Source of the DNA: Gemmatimonadota bacterium
GTDB lineage: Bacteria; Gemmatimonadota; Gemmatimonadetes; Palauibacterales; Palauibacteraceae
Direction of reading: 5' to 3'
Assembly (NCBI GenBank): GCA_965116475.1
Contig: OZ220691.1
Coordinates: 288,001-352,000, forward strand
DNA: 64,000 nucleotides
In this document: positions 39,391-48,369 of the stretch, one piece after another
How the letters are laid out: the number at the start of each line of letters is the position of its first letter
Numbering within the stretch: position 1 is the stretch's first letter
Position numbers and translations under genes: made by a program
The notes under the pieces: model-generated
Told to the model about the DNA's origin: nothing
The model's input: only the letters and a program-made list of their open reading frames with translations
Database searches by the model: none

Positions 39391-40091
39391 TCCGGTTCGC
39401 CGGACCTATAACCCTCGCCGTCTGCCTCTCCCTGCTGGCCGCGCCGCCGGCCCGCGCCCAGTCCGAGGTGTTCCTTCGGCTGGCGCCCGAAGCGAGCTGG
39501 CTCTCGGCGGAACACTCGAAGCGCGTGACCGCAGGGGGCGGATCGAGCGAGAGCGCCACAACGGCCTCGGGCGCGACGCTCGCCATCAACCCCTCGCTCG
39601 GACTTCGCACGCGCGTGCTCGACGGCCTGCTCGCGGGCCTGGAGTTCGAGGGGGTGCTCACCGGCCGGGGGAAGATCGAAGGTACGATCGAACCCACCCC
39701 GAACGGCGAGCCGCACGACGTGTGGCCCGGCGAGTGGGACCTCCGCGACCGGTTCGGCGTCGGGGTCAACGTCCTCCTCGGATTGGGCGCCGGGCGCGGC
39801 TCGACGGAGGGCTACGTGTTCGGCGGGATCCGGCGGATGTGGAGCGAATTCGCGACGAGCGGCGTCAACCCGGAGACGGCCGAGGTCGGCGAACGGCGTG
39901 AGCAGCGCGCCCGCTGGCCGGCGACGATTGGCCTCGGGTTACTGTTCGACAGGGGTTGGCTGGTCGATGTGCGCCTCGGCTACTCGCGCTCGGTGACCGA
40001 GTGGACGGTGGAGATCCCCGGCGTTCTGCTCGACTACGGGTACTCGGCCAGCGCCGTCACGCTTTCCGTCGGGGTCGGTCCGCCCCGCTAG
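39387..40091 (+). CDS. Putative small outer-membrane beta-barrel protein
   Basis: Signal peptide ending ARA-Q; amphipathic beta-strand pattern. Confidence 0.6.
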   Translation: MIRFAGPITLAVCLSLLAAPPARAQSEVFLRLAPEASWLSAEHSKRVTAGGGSSESATTASGATLAINPSLGLRTRVLDGLLAGLEFEGVLTGRGKIEGTIEPTPNGEPHDVWPGEWDLRDRFGVGVNVLLGLGAGRGSTEGYVFGGIRRMWSEFATSGVNPETAEVGERREQRARWPATIGLGLLFDRGWLVDVRLGYSRSVTEWTVEIPGVLLDYGYSASAVTLSVGVGPPR

Positions 40092-41749
40092 TTCTTCAAC
40101 AGTCCGAGCGCGACTTCGCGGGCCTCGTCCATGGTGTCGACGATATGGCCCTCCGGCAGCGCTGCAAGGATGTCGAGCGTGCGCAGCGTCTTCTCGACGG
40201 AGCCGGATACCGCCATCACGATCACCTCGGTACGGCTCTTCCCGGCCACGTCCAGCAGTTGACGTATGACCATGGCGGCGCTGTCGTCGAGATACTTGGC
40301 GTCGGAGAAGTCGAAGATGACGATTTCGTGGTCCTTGATGTCCTTCCCGATCACGTTCACCAGCTTGTGGGACGACGCGACGGTGAAGGCGCCTCGGAGC
40401 GCCACGAGGCCGACCCGGGCCGAGTACTCGTCGACCGCGTCCGCGCCCTCGGCGCCCTCGAAGAACACCCGGTCCAGCAGCGGCACCGACAGCACGTTGT
40501 CGAGTTCGAGGCTCTCGATCTGCCGCGCGTGCGCCATGCCCGCGACGATGAGGCCGATGGCCACGGCCGTCACGAGGTCGACGAATACCGTCAGGGCAAG
40601 CGTCAGGACGAGCACGAACAGGTGGTCGCGCCGGATGCGGTGGAGGTGGGCGAGCAGGGGCCAGTCGATGATGTCCCACCCGACCTTGATCAGGATGCCG
40701 GCGAGCACGGCATGGGGGATGGGCTCCAGGTACCGGCCCAGACCGAGCAGGACTCCCAGCAGGAGGATCGCACGCAGGGCGCCGGACATCCGCGTGAGGC
40801 CGCCGGCGCGGATGTTGACGACCGTCCCCATCGTAGCCCCCGCGCCGGGGAGCCCCCCGAACAGGCCCGCGATCGTGTTGCCGATGCCCTGACCGACCAG
40901 TTCGCGGTTCGAGTCGTGCTGCGTGCCGGTCAGCGAGTCCGCCACGAGCGACGTGAGCAGGCTGTCGACGGAACCGAGAAGGGCGAGGACGAGCGCCGGA
41001 TGGAAGGCGCGGGCGAGGAAGCTCGCGGAGGGCAGACTCAACTGCAGTTCCGGCAAGCCGGTAGGGATCGCGCCGATGGTCGGCGCACCGGTCAGCCAGA
41101 AAACGCCCAGAGTGGTTCCCGCGACCAGTGCCACGAGCGGGCCGGGGAGCAGCCGGGACAGCCGCTGCGGCCACAAGATGCTCACCGCGAGGGTCGCCGC
41201 GCCGATGACGAGGGCGTCGCCGTTCAGGTTCGCCACGGCTTCCGGGAGCGTCCGCACCGCGTCCATGGGACCGCCCGCCGCCACGGGCGCCCCGAGGAAG
41301 GGCAGGATCTGGATCAACATGACGATGATGCCGATCCCGGACATGAAGCCGGAGATCACGGCGTATGGCGTGTACACGACGAACCGGCCCGTCCGCAGCA
41401 GGCCCAGCGTGGTCTGCAGCAGCCCGGCCATCACGACCACCGTGAAGGCTTCGCCGAGCGTCGAAGCGTGCGTCGTCACGATGACCGCCATGGCGACGGT
41501 CATGGCCGGCGTGGGGCCGGAGATCTGGAAGCGGTTGCCGCCGAACACGGACGCGAAGAAGCCGACCGCGATGGCCCCGTACAGGCCGGCGGCGGCGCCG
41601 AGCCCCGAGGCGACGCCGAAGGCCAGCGACACCGGCAGGGCGATCACCGCCGACGTGATGCCGCCGAACAGGTCCCCGCGAAGCGTAGGAAGATCGTACT
41701 TCAGGCGCGGCTCCTTTCCGGTAGTCCATCCCACGGTCCGTCCCGGCAT
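40088..41749 (-). CDS. SulP/SLC26 inorganic anion transporter (BicA-like) with STAS domain
   Basis: GDLFGG.T.A..ALP..LAFG..SG, ISGPT, GSVDSLLTS, NREL.GQG.GN motifs. Start approximate. Confidence 0.92.
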   Translation of the reverse strand: MPGRTVGWTTGKEPRLKYDLPTLRGDLFGGITSAVIALPVSLAFGVASGLGAAAGLYGAIAVGFFASVFGGNRFQISGPTPAMTVAMAVIVTTHASTLGEAFTVVVMAGLLQTTLGLLRTGRFVVYTPYAVISGFMSGIGIIVMLIQILPFLGAPVAAGGPMDAVRTLPEAVANLNGDALVIGAATLAVSILWPQRLSRLLPGPLVALVAGTTLGVFWLTGAPTIGAIPTGLPELQLSLPSASFLARAFHPALVLALLGSVDSLLTSLVADSLTGTQHDSNRELVGQGIGNTIAGLFGGLPGAGATMGTVVNIRAGGLTRMSGALRAILLLGVLLGLGRYLEPIPHAVLAGILIKVGWDIIDWPLLAHLHRIRRDHLFVLVLTLALTVFVDLVTAVAIGLIVAGMAHARQIESLELDNVLSVPLLDRVFFEGAEGADAVDEYSARVGLVALRGAFTVASSHKLVNVIGKDIKDHEIVIFDFSDAKYLDDSAAMVIRQLLDVAGKSRTEVIVMAVSGSVEKTLRTLDILAALPEGHIVDTMDEAREVALGLLKN

Positions 41750-41856
41750 CGCACGTTCCCTTCCGGACAGGTTACTCTGGGAACGCCCCGGAGGGCGAGC
41801 CACGCCGCCCGGCTATCGGCCGCGGCGCCACATTTACGGGCCGTCAAGGGTCAGGA

Positions 41857-43206
41857 ATGAACGCAACCCGCGAACGCTGGGGAAGCCCGCTGGGCTTCAT
41901 CCTCGCCACCACCGGATTCTCGGTGGGACTGGGCAATATCTGGAGATTCCCGTACCTGGCGGGCGAGAACGGGGGCGGCGCGTTTCTCCTCATCTACGTC
42001 CTGCTCGCGGTCCTGATCGGGATCCCGCTGTTCACGGCCGAGATCAGCCTCGGGCGGCGGGCGCAGGCGACGCCGCTGGCCGGGATGCGGAAGCTCGTCG
42101 GACGAAGCCCCTTCCGCGCGATCGGCTGGCTCGGCGTGGGCGCCGCTTTCCTCATCATGTCCTACTACCAGCTCATCATGGGCTGGATCGCGGCCTACTT
42201 CGTGCGCGCTTTCCGGGGGGGCTACGACACCGGCAGCGTGCAGGCCGCGGCGGAGTCGTTCGCGGCTTTCACCGCGCGCCCGGGAGAGGTACTCGCCTAT
42301 ACGATCCCCGTCATGCTGCTGGCGGGGTTCATCATCACCCGCGGGTTGCGGCGGGGGATCGAGCGCGCGGCACGACTCCTGATTCCCGTCCTCTTCTTCT
42401 TTCTCGTCGGACTCGGGATCGTCTCGCTCCAGCTCGACGGGGCGTGGGAGGGCGTGCGGTGGTATCTCGCGCCCGACTTCTCGGCCATCGGGCCGGAGAC
42501 GTGGCTCGCGGCCCTCGGCCAGGCCTTCTACTCCATCGGGGTCGGGATGATGGGCGCGTTCGTGTTCGGGAGCTTCCTGCATCCGCGCAGCAGCGACATT
42601 CCGGGAAGCGCCGCTTCCATCGTGGCCTGCGACACGATCGCCGCCGTCCTCGCCGGGTTCGTCATGTTCCCCGCCCTCTTCGCCTTCGGCATGGAACCCG
42701 ACCAGGGCGCGGGGCTCCTCTTCATCACGATGGCGGGTCTCTTCGGGCGCCTGCCGGCGGGCGAAGTGGCCGCCGCCTTTTTCTTCTTCTTCGTGTTCAT
42801 CGCGGGACTCACGTCGTGTCTCGCGCTGCTCGAAGCCCTCACGGCGAGCGCCATGGATTCGCTGGGCTGGAGCCGCCGAAGATCGCTGTGGACCGCGCTC
42901 GCGGCCGTCATCCTCGCGGGGATCCCGCTCGCGCTCGGCGGCGGGCCCTGGGCCGCGGTGCAGCTCGGAGGCCGCGGTCTGTTCGAACTCGCCGACTACG
43001 TGTCGGGGAACATCTTCCTCACGGTGAGCGGGCTCGCGATCTCCCTCTACGTCGCCTTGGCGTGGGGGTTCGAACGGTTCCGTGCGGAGACGAACCAGGG
43101 GGCGGGACGCTTCCGGATCACCGCCGCGTGGGGCCCGGTGATGCGCTTCGTCGTGCCGGTCGCCGTGGCGCTCGTCGTGCTGGCCGGTCTCGGCCTCCTG
43201 GGCTAG
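41857..43206 (+). CDS. Sodium-dependent transporter (NSS/SNF family)
   Basis: RE.WGS..GFILA, VGLGNIWRFPY..GENGGGAF, ALGQAFYS motifs. Confidence 0.93.
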   Translation: MNATRERWGSPLGFILATTGFSVGLGNIWRFPYLAGENGGGAFLLIYVLLAVLIGIPLFTAEISLGRRAQATPLAGMRKLVGRSPFRAIGWLGVGAAFLIMSYYQLIMGWIAAYFVRAFRGGYDTGSVQAAAESFAAFTARPGEVLAYTIPVMLLAGFIITRGLRRGIERAARLLIPVLFFFLVGLGIVSLQLDGAWEGVRWYLAPDFSAIGPETWLAALGQAFYSIGVGMMGAFVFGSFLHPRSSDIPGSAASIVACDTIAAVLAGFVMFPALFAFGMEPDQGAGLLFITMAGLFGRLPAGEVAAAFFFFFVFIAGLTSCLALLEALTASAMDSLGWSRRRSLWTALAAVILAGIPLALGGGPWAAVQLGGRGLFELADYVSGNIFLTVSGLAISLYVALAWGFERFRAETNQGAGRFRITAAWGPVMRFVVPVAVALVVLAGLGLLG

Positions 43207-43237
43207 CCCATCGATCGGCGGCCGGCCGGCCGCGCGC

Positions 43238-43921
43238 TCACGGCTGGAGGCGGGTGATCTCCCATTCGCCGTCCGCCTCGTCGCTCCCTTCGCGCGGCGT
43301 GTATTCGAGACGGTCGTGCAGCCGGTTGGCGCGGCCCTGCCAGAACTCGATCCGGTCGGGAAGGAGGACGTATCCACCCCAGAAGTCGGGGAGCGGCACG
43401 TCCCTCCCCTCGAACCGGGCCTCCGCCTCCACCACCCGGGCTTCGAGCCCGGCGCGGTCGGCGATCGGACGGCTCTGCCAGGAAGCCCACGCGCCGATCC
43501 GGCTCCCGCGATCGCGCGTCGCGAAGTACGCCTCCGAGTCCTCTGCCGAGAGGCGCTCGACGCGCCCTTCAACGCGCACCTGCCGCTCGAGCACCGACCA
43601 GTGGAAGCAGAGCGAGGCCCGCGGATTGTCGTCCAGTTCCGCGGCTTTGCGGCTGTCGTAGTTGGTGAAAAAGCGGAAACCGTCGGGGCCCACGCCCTTC
43701 AGGAGGACCATCCGCACCGATGGCCGCCCGTCGCCGGTCGCCGTGGCGAGCGCCATCGACTCGGGCAGGAGCAACCCCGAGGCCTTGGCATCCCGGAACC
43801 AGTCGCGGAACAGGTCGTACGGATCCGCCGCCGCCTCGAGGACCGGAAGGCCGTGCGTCACTCCCCTGGTGAGCGTGCGGATCGCCCGCAGGTGGGTGCG
43901 AAGGTCGTCGAATTTGCTCAC
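43238..43921 (-). CDS. pdxH: Pyridoxine/pyridoxamine 5'-phosphate oxidase
   Basis: RMVLLKG, FFTNYDSRK, RQVRVEG, GAWAS.QS, P.FWGG, EFWQGR.NRLHDR; GTG overlaps upstream stop. Confidence 0.95.
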   Translation of the reverse strand: MSKFDDLRTHLRAIRTLTRGVTHGLPVLEAAADPYDLFRDWFRDAKASGLLLPESMALATATGDGRPSVRMVLLKGVGPDGFRFFTNYDSRKAAELDDNPRASLCFHWSVLERQVRVEGRVERLSAEDSEAYFATRDRGSRIGAWASWQSRPIADRAGLEARVVEAEARFEGRDVPLPDFWGGYVLLPDRIEFWQGRANRLHDRLEYTPREGSDEADGEWEITRLQP

Positions 43922-45627
43922 GAGCACACTCCTTCGCCCTGGTGGCGGGGAATGCTCCCGAGCCAATCCTGGAAATCGGCGTCGGATGGAGAACACAGGC
44001 CGGTGCGTATCCAGTCGAACGTGATGAGTCGCAGATTCACGAGTTCCCGCGGGAGCGGCCCGCGCAGATCCGCGTTGATGAAGAGATACAGGTGCTGGAG
44101 CGCGGAAAGCCGCCCGAACTCGGAAGGCACGGACCCGGACAACTCGTTCACCTGAAGACCGAGAAACCAGACGGACGAGAGGTTGCCCAACTCGGGCGGA
44201 ATCGGGCCGGTCAAGGCATTACAGCACAGGGATAACCGAGCCAGGAGACGCAGTTTCCCCAGACTGGGCGGGATCGGCCCGGACAGCTGGTTCATGTGGA
44301 GCTTGAGGTCTCGGAGGTTGGAGAGGTCGCCGACCGCCGAAGGAATGGCACCGGTGAGTCGATTGCCGGCGAGCGAGAGCACCTGAAGACCGGAGAGGCC
44401 GGTCAGACCCGGGGGAATGGGGCCGCTCAGGTCATTCTGCTCAATGTCGAGAACCGTCAGGTTCCGCAGGCTTGCGAGTTCCGGCGGAATCGGGCCGGTC
44501 AGGTTGTTGAAGGCGAGGTCCAGCACCTCGAGATGGCCCAGTTGGGCGAGTGCGGGCGGAATCCGCTCCGTGAGCCGGTTCCGACCCTCGAACAGATCGT
44601 TGGAGAGGTCCAGTACCCTCAGGCCGGTGAGGCGCGACAGCTCGACCGGGATGGGGCCCGTGAGCGCGTTCACGGCGAGGCCGAGTTCTTCAAGCTCCGT
44701 GAACTCCGCCAGATATGCCGGGATTTCACCGGTCAGCCGGTTGTATGACAAGTTGAGACGCCGAAGGCTCGTGAGGTGCGCGAATTCCTCGGGCAAGCGG
44801 CCCTCGAGCCCGTTGCTCGAAAGATCCAGCCCGGTGACGCGGCCCTCCGCGTCGGTCGTCACTCCATGCCAGCGGCCGATCGGCGCGTCCGTCAGCCAGT
44901 TGTCCCTTATCGTCCAGCGCGAGCCCCCGGTCGCGTTGTACAGCATCACCAGGGCAAACTTCCCGGACACGTTCACAGCGATGCGCGCCGTCGCGGTGAG
45001 GCCGGCTTCGGGCGCCTGCACGGATATCGTTGCCGAACCCGGCGCTATCGCGGTCACCAGGCCGGCGGCGCTTACCGTAGCCACCGATTCGTCATCGGAG
45101 CGCCACGAGAAGTCCACTCCGGCAACCGGGTTTTCGTTCGCGTCGAGAGCCTGCGCCGTCAGCTGAAGCGTTTCCAGCGCGTCGATCGCGGCCTCACCGG
45201 GTGACACACTCAGCGCGGCGACCGCCTGCGAAACGGTGATGGCGGCGCCTCCGGAGGCGCCGCCGCCCCGGACGGTGGCCGTGACGTTCGTGGCTCCGTT
45301 GCCTACCGCCGTAACCAGCCCGCCGGGATCGACCGTCACGATTCCGCCGTCGCTGCTCGCCCAGTTCACGCCGACGCCCGACATGACCGCGCCGGTCTGA
45401 TCGCGAACGGTTGCCGTCAGCTGCACCGTCTGCCCCAACGCGGCGAGCACCGCAGACGACGGGGTGATCGCCAGGGTCGTGGGTACGGGCGCTCCTGGCG
45501 GTGCGGTTCCGGGTTCGCCGTCTCCGCACCCCGGAGCCACCAGCGCCGCGAGGAGCAGGGCCCGGCAACGGTGAGGATGCAGGGCCCGAGCCCTGGATCG
45601 TATGCGGAGTCTAGGAGGTGCCATCAT
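43918..45627 (-). CDS. Lipoprotein with two Ig-like (Big_2) domains and about 11 plant-type leucine-rich repeats
   Basis: Lipobox VAPGC; W.SSD..V.TV..GLVTA repeats; 24-aa LxxLxLxxNxLxGxIP repeats. Confidence 0.88.
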   Translation of the reverse strand: MMAPPRLRIRSRARALHPHRCRALLLAALVAPGCGDGEPGTAPPGAPVPTTLAITPSSAVLAALGQTVQLTATVRDQTGAVMSGVGVNWASSDGGIVTVDPGGLVTAVGNGATNVTATVRGGGASGGAAITVSQAVAALSVSPGEAAIDALETLQLTAQALDANENPVAGVDFSWRSDDESVATVSAAGLVTAIAPGSATISVQAPEAGLTATARIAVNVSGKFALVMLYNATGGSRWTIRDNWLTDAPIGRWHGVTTDAEGRVTGLDLSSNGLEGRLPEEFAHLTSLRRLNLSYNRLTGEIPAYLAEFTELEELGLAVNALTGPIPVELSRLTGLRVLDLSNDLFEGRNRLTERIPPALAQLGHLEVLDLAFNNLTGPIPPELASLRNLTVLDIEQNDLSGPIPPGLTGLSGLQVLSLAGNRLTGAIPSAVGDLSNLRDLKLHMNQLSGPIPPSLGKLRLLARLSLCCNALTGPIPPELGNLSSVWFLGLQVNELSGSVPSEFGRLSALQHLYLFINADLRGPLPRELVNLRLITFDWIRTGLCSPSDADFQDWLGSIPRHQGEGVCS

Positions 45628-45732
45628 CCATCCAGCCACGGCCTGCCAGTCGACCACCATGGGCGACGCGCCCCACGATGCGGTCGCCGTTGCCCGGCGG
45701 CAACGAATCGGGATACTCCGGGGGGCGCGGCG

Positions 45733-47001
45733 TCAGGCGAAGCGCGCGGGGTCGAAGGGTGCGAGGTCGATGTCCGAGCGTCCGTCGAGCAGGAGTTGCG
45801 CGAGCGCGTGGCCGGTGGAGGGGGCCAGCGTGACGCCGAGCATCTGGTGCCCCGTGGCGACGCACACGTTGGGGAGGCCGGGCAGCCAACCCATGGCGGG
45901 GAGACCGTCCGGCGTCACGGGCCGCATGCCCACCCAGTCGACCCGCTCCGTTCCTTCCAGCGCCCCCGGCAGGTAGCGCCGCGCGGCCCGCTCGAGGATC
46001 GCGATGCGCCGCCGGTCGAGGTGCAGGTTGATCCCGGAAAACTCCATCGTCCCGATCGTGCGCACCGCGCCGCGAAACGGCGTGAAGCCGATCCTCGCCG
46101 GCGTCACGTGCAGGGGCTGCGAGAGCCGGACCCGCGAGTCCCTGACGGTGATGCTGTAGCCCTTCCCCGCTTGCACGGGGAGCTTCCCCCCCAGCGTCGC
46201 AACGAGGGCGGCCGTCTCGGCCCCCGCGGCGAGCACGAAGGCATCCGCGCCCAGCCTCGCCGGTTCCCCGTTCGCTGCGGCGCCCCTTTCCGCTGTCGAA
46301 GTGAGCGCCGTCCGGACGCGGCCTGCTCCGGGCGCGAAGCCGACGACCCGCTCTCCCGTCCTGATTTCGACGCCACGTGCCTCCAGGCTCGAGGCAATCT
46401 CGGCGCACAGGGACTCGGGACGCACATGCGTGTCCCCGCGCATCCGCAGGCCGATCAGATCGCCACCCAGATCCGGCTCCGCCTCCGCGAGAGCCTCGCG
46501 GTCCAGGACGTCCACGGGCCCCACCCGCTCCTCCCCGAGTCTCGCCAGCAACTCCTCCGCCTGTCGGAGTTCGCTTTCGTCATCGTAGGCAAGGATCGTC
46601 CCGCTCGTGGCCCGCTCGAATGCCATGCCCTCGTTCGCGAGACCGCGGTAGAGCCGATCCGTCGCCGCGTTCAGCGCCGCGAGGGCGGCCACCCCCGCCC
46701 GGTAGCTCTCGGCGTTACAGTGACGGCGAAAAGCCCACAGCCAGCCCGCGAGCCGGAGCACGGCGGACGGCTTGATGTAGAGGGGGCTGTCGGAGCGCAG
46801 CATCCAGCGCAGCGACGTCAGCGTCAGCCCCGGAGCCGGCAGCGGGCGCGAGATCGACGGACAGACCCACCCGCCGTTTCCCTTCGAACATCCGTCGCCG
46901 ATCTCATCTCGCTCCACGAGAACGACGTCGGCCCCGCGACGCTCGAGATAGTGCGCGACGCACAGCCCGATGACGCCGCCGCCGATGACCGCCACTCTCA
47001 C
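45733..47001 (-). CDS. FAD-dependent D-amino-acid dehydrogenase (DadA-like)
   Basis: GGGVIG FAD-binding, S.GNGG, GKGYSIT, W.GMRP.TPDGLP, ATGH.MLG.TLAP.TG. Confidence 0.88.
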   Translation of the reverse strand: MRVAVIGGGVIGLCVAHYLERRGADVVLVERDEIGDGCSKGNGGWVCPSISRPLPAPGLTLTSLRWMLRSDSPLYIKPSAVLRLAGWLWAFRRHCNAESYRAGVAALAALNAATDRLYRGLANEGMAFERATSGTILAYDDESELRQAEELLARLGEERVGPVDVLDREALAEAEPDLGGDLIGLRMRGDTHVRPESLCAEIASSLEARGVEIRTGERVVGFAPGAGRVRTALTSTAERGAAANGEPARLGADAFVLAAGAETAALVATLGGKLPVQAGKGYSITVRDSRVRLSQPLHVTPARIGFTPFRGAVRTIGTMEFSGINLHLDRRRIAILERAARRYLPGALEGTERVDWVGMRPVTPDGLPAMGWLPGLPNVCVATGHQMLGVTLAPSTGHALAQLLLDGRSDIDLAPFDPARFA

Positions 47002-47636
47002 CCGGCGGTGCCTCCGGCGGCACTCCCACCGCGACCCCCGCCCCGGCTCGCTTCACGGGCGCGGCCACGGCCCGCTTCGCGGGGCCGCATGTCGATCACC
47101 CCGCCCCGCCGATCCAACTCGAAGTCGCAGCAGTCCATGAGTTGCCGTTTCAGCATCGCCCGCGCCCGCTGCACGCGCGATTTCATGCCGGAGGCGCTGA
47201 GTCCCAGCCGCCGCGCCGCCTCGACCTGGCTCAATCCCCGGAAGTAGGTCAGCAGAAGGGCCTCGGTGTATTTCGGCGGCAGTTCGAGCGCGAAGGGCAG
47301 CAGGCAGGCCTCCAGATCCCTCCGCAGCGCTTCGTGGCCGCCGCCGTTCTGGTCGGGATCCGGGGCCCGTGCTTCGGCGCCCAGTCGCTCGAGGGCCCGA
47401 CGTTCGACGGACCGGCGCCGGTGGTGATCGGCGATCACGTTGGCCGCGACCCGGTAGGTCCAGGCGAGCGGATCCCGCGCCTCCGCGAGACCGTCCTGAC
47501 GCTGCAGCAGCCGCAGGAAGATGTCGCCGGTCACGTCATCGGCCCACGCCGGATCGACGCGGCCACCCACGTAGCGCCGCACGCGCCGCTGGAATTCGGA
47601 CCATGCCGGCAGGGCCCGCGACGTGCGGTCAGGCAC
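46998..47636 (-). CDS. sigZ: ECF sigma-70 factor, SigZ-like
   Basis: Region 2 DD...IFLR...AW.YRVA.N.I.D..R; region 4 LP.KY...L....GLSQ.E.A..LGLS.SG.KSRVQRAR; SigZ-type CC.FE.DRRG tail. Confidence 0.8.
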   Translation of the reverse strand: MPDRTSRALPAWSEFQRRVRRYVGGRVDPAWADDVTGDIFLRLLQRQDGLAEARDPLAWTYRVAANVIADHHRRRSVERRALERLGAEARAPDPDQNGGGHEALRRDLEACLLPFALELPPKYTEALLLTYFRGLSQVEAARRLGLSASGMKSRVQRARAMLKRQLMDCCDFELDRRGGVIDMRPREAGRGRAREASRGGGRGGSAAGGTAG

Positions 47637-48090
47637 AGCAGGTCCCGGACTCGTCGCGACACGCGTCTGCCGACGGCGCTACCGCCGAACGTGCGGCGGC
47701 GGCCGGCGCGATGAGCGCTTCGCCATCCGGTGTCTCGTCCGTGACCTGGTACCACTCCCACCGCAGGCCCTGGGGCTCGTCCGACCAGACCTTCGTCTGC
47801 GTCGCGTGACAGCACACCGTCTCTTCCTCCACCTCGCTGAGGATCCCGGCGGCCTCCAGCCGGTGGCCGGCCTCGCGGACCCGCACGTCGTCGAACACTT
47901 CGACGCCCAGGTGGTTCACGCGTTCCGCCGCGTCCGGATTCTCGAACAGCACGAGCTTCAGAGGCGGCTCGTCGATGGCGAAGTTGGCGTAGCCGGCGCG
48001 GCGCTTGTGCGGGGCCGCGTCGAAGAGCTTGGCGTAGTAGTCCACCGCCTCGTCGATATCCCGCACATTGAGGGCAAGTTGCAGTCGCAT
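47629..48090 (-). CDS. arsI: ArsI/CadI-family VOC protein (C-As lyase-like)
   Basis: R.QLALNV.D, GYANF....PPLKLVL.EN, NHLG.EV, CC.A.Q.K.W, WE.Y and C-terminal CC. Confidence 0.88.
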   Translation of the reverse strand: MRLQLALNVRDIDEAVDYYAKLFDAAPHKRRAGYANFAIDEPPLKLVLFENPDAAERVNHLGVEVFDDVRVREAGHRLEAAGILSEVEEETVCCHATQTKVWSDEPQGLRWEWYQVTDETPDGEALIAPAAAARSAVAPSADACRDESGTCCA

Positions 48091-48151
48091 GAATCGGTCT
48101 CCCGGTTTCGTGGCTCGTCGTCTTTCCTCCACTTCGTCTTCTCACCCCTAA

Positions 48152-48177
48152 GACGAACGAAACGGCGAAAGGACGCA
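48152..48177 (-). promoter_or_regulatory. Putative ECF-sigma promoter TGCGTC-N16-CGTC upstream of arsI-sigZ
   Basis: Minus strand reads tgcgtc ctttcgccgtttcgtt cgtc, about 60 nt before arsI ATG; CGTC -10 with 16-nt spacer is ECF-like. Confidence 0.5.
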
Positions 48178-48210
48178 ATGAGTCGAAGTCTCGCTTCCAC
48201 CCTCCGCCGC

Positions 48211-48269
48211 CGCCAGCCGATGTTCCGGCCGGTGTCCCGGTGGATGTCGCCAGCCGATGTCGCCAGCCG
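48211..48269. repeat. Three copies of a 13-bp unit (CGCCAGCCGATGT) in a divergent intergenic region
   Basis: One copy at 48211-48223 and a tandem pair at 48243-48268. Confidence 0.7.
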
Positions 48270-48369
48270 CTCACCGTTGCCTGTACGGACCCCGCCGGCC
48301 CACGTTCCGTGCCCAGTCGCGACCGCTGCGGCGGCGGTCCTTCGTGCGAATCCGCGACCAGGAAGAAAC

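Noticed and set aside
44043-44054. GTTCCCGCGGGA partial match to the palindrome (similar partial matches near 61200 and 61630)
   Set aside because: Inside LRR coding sequence, explained by Pro-Arg-Glu codons; not a full palindrome
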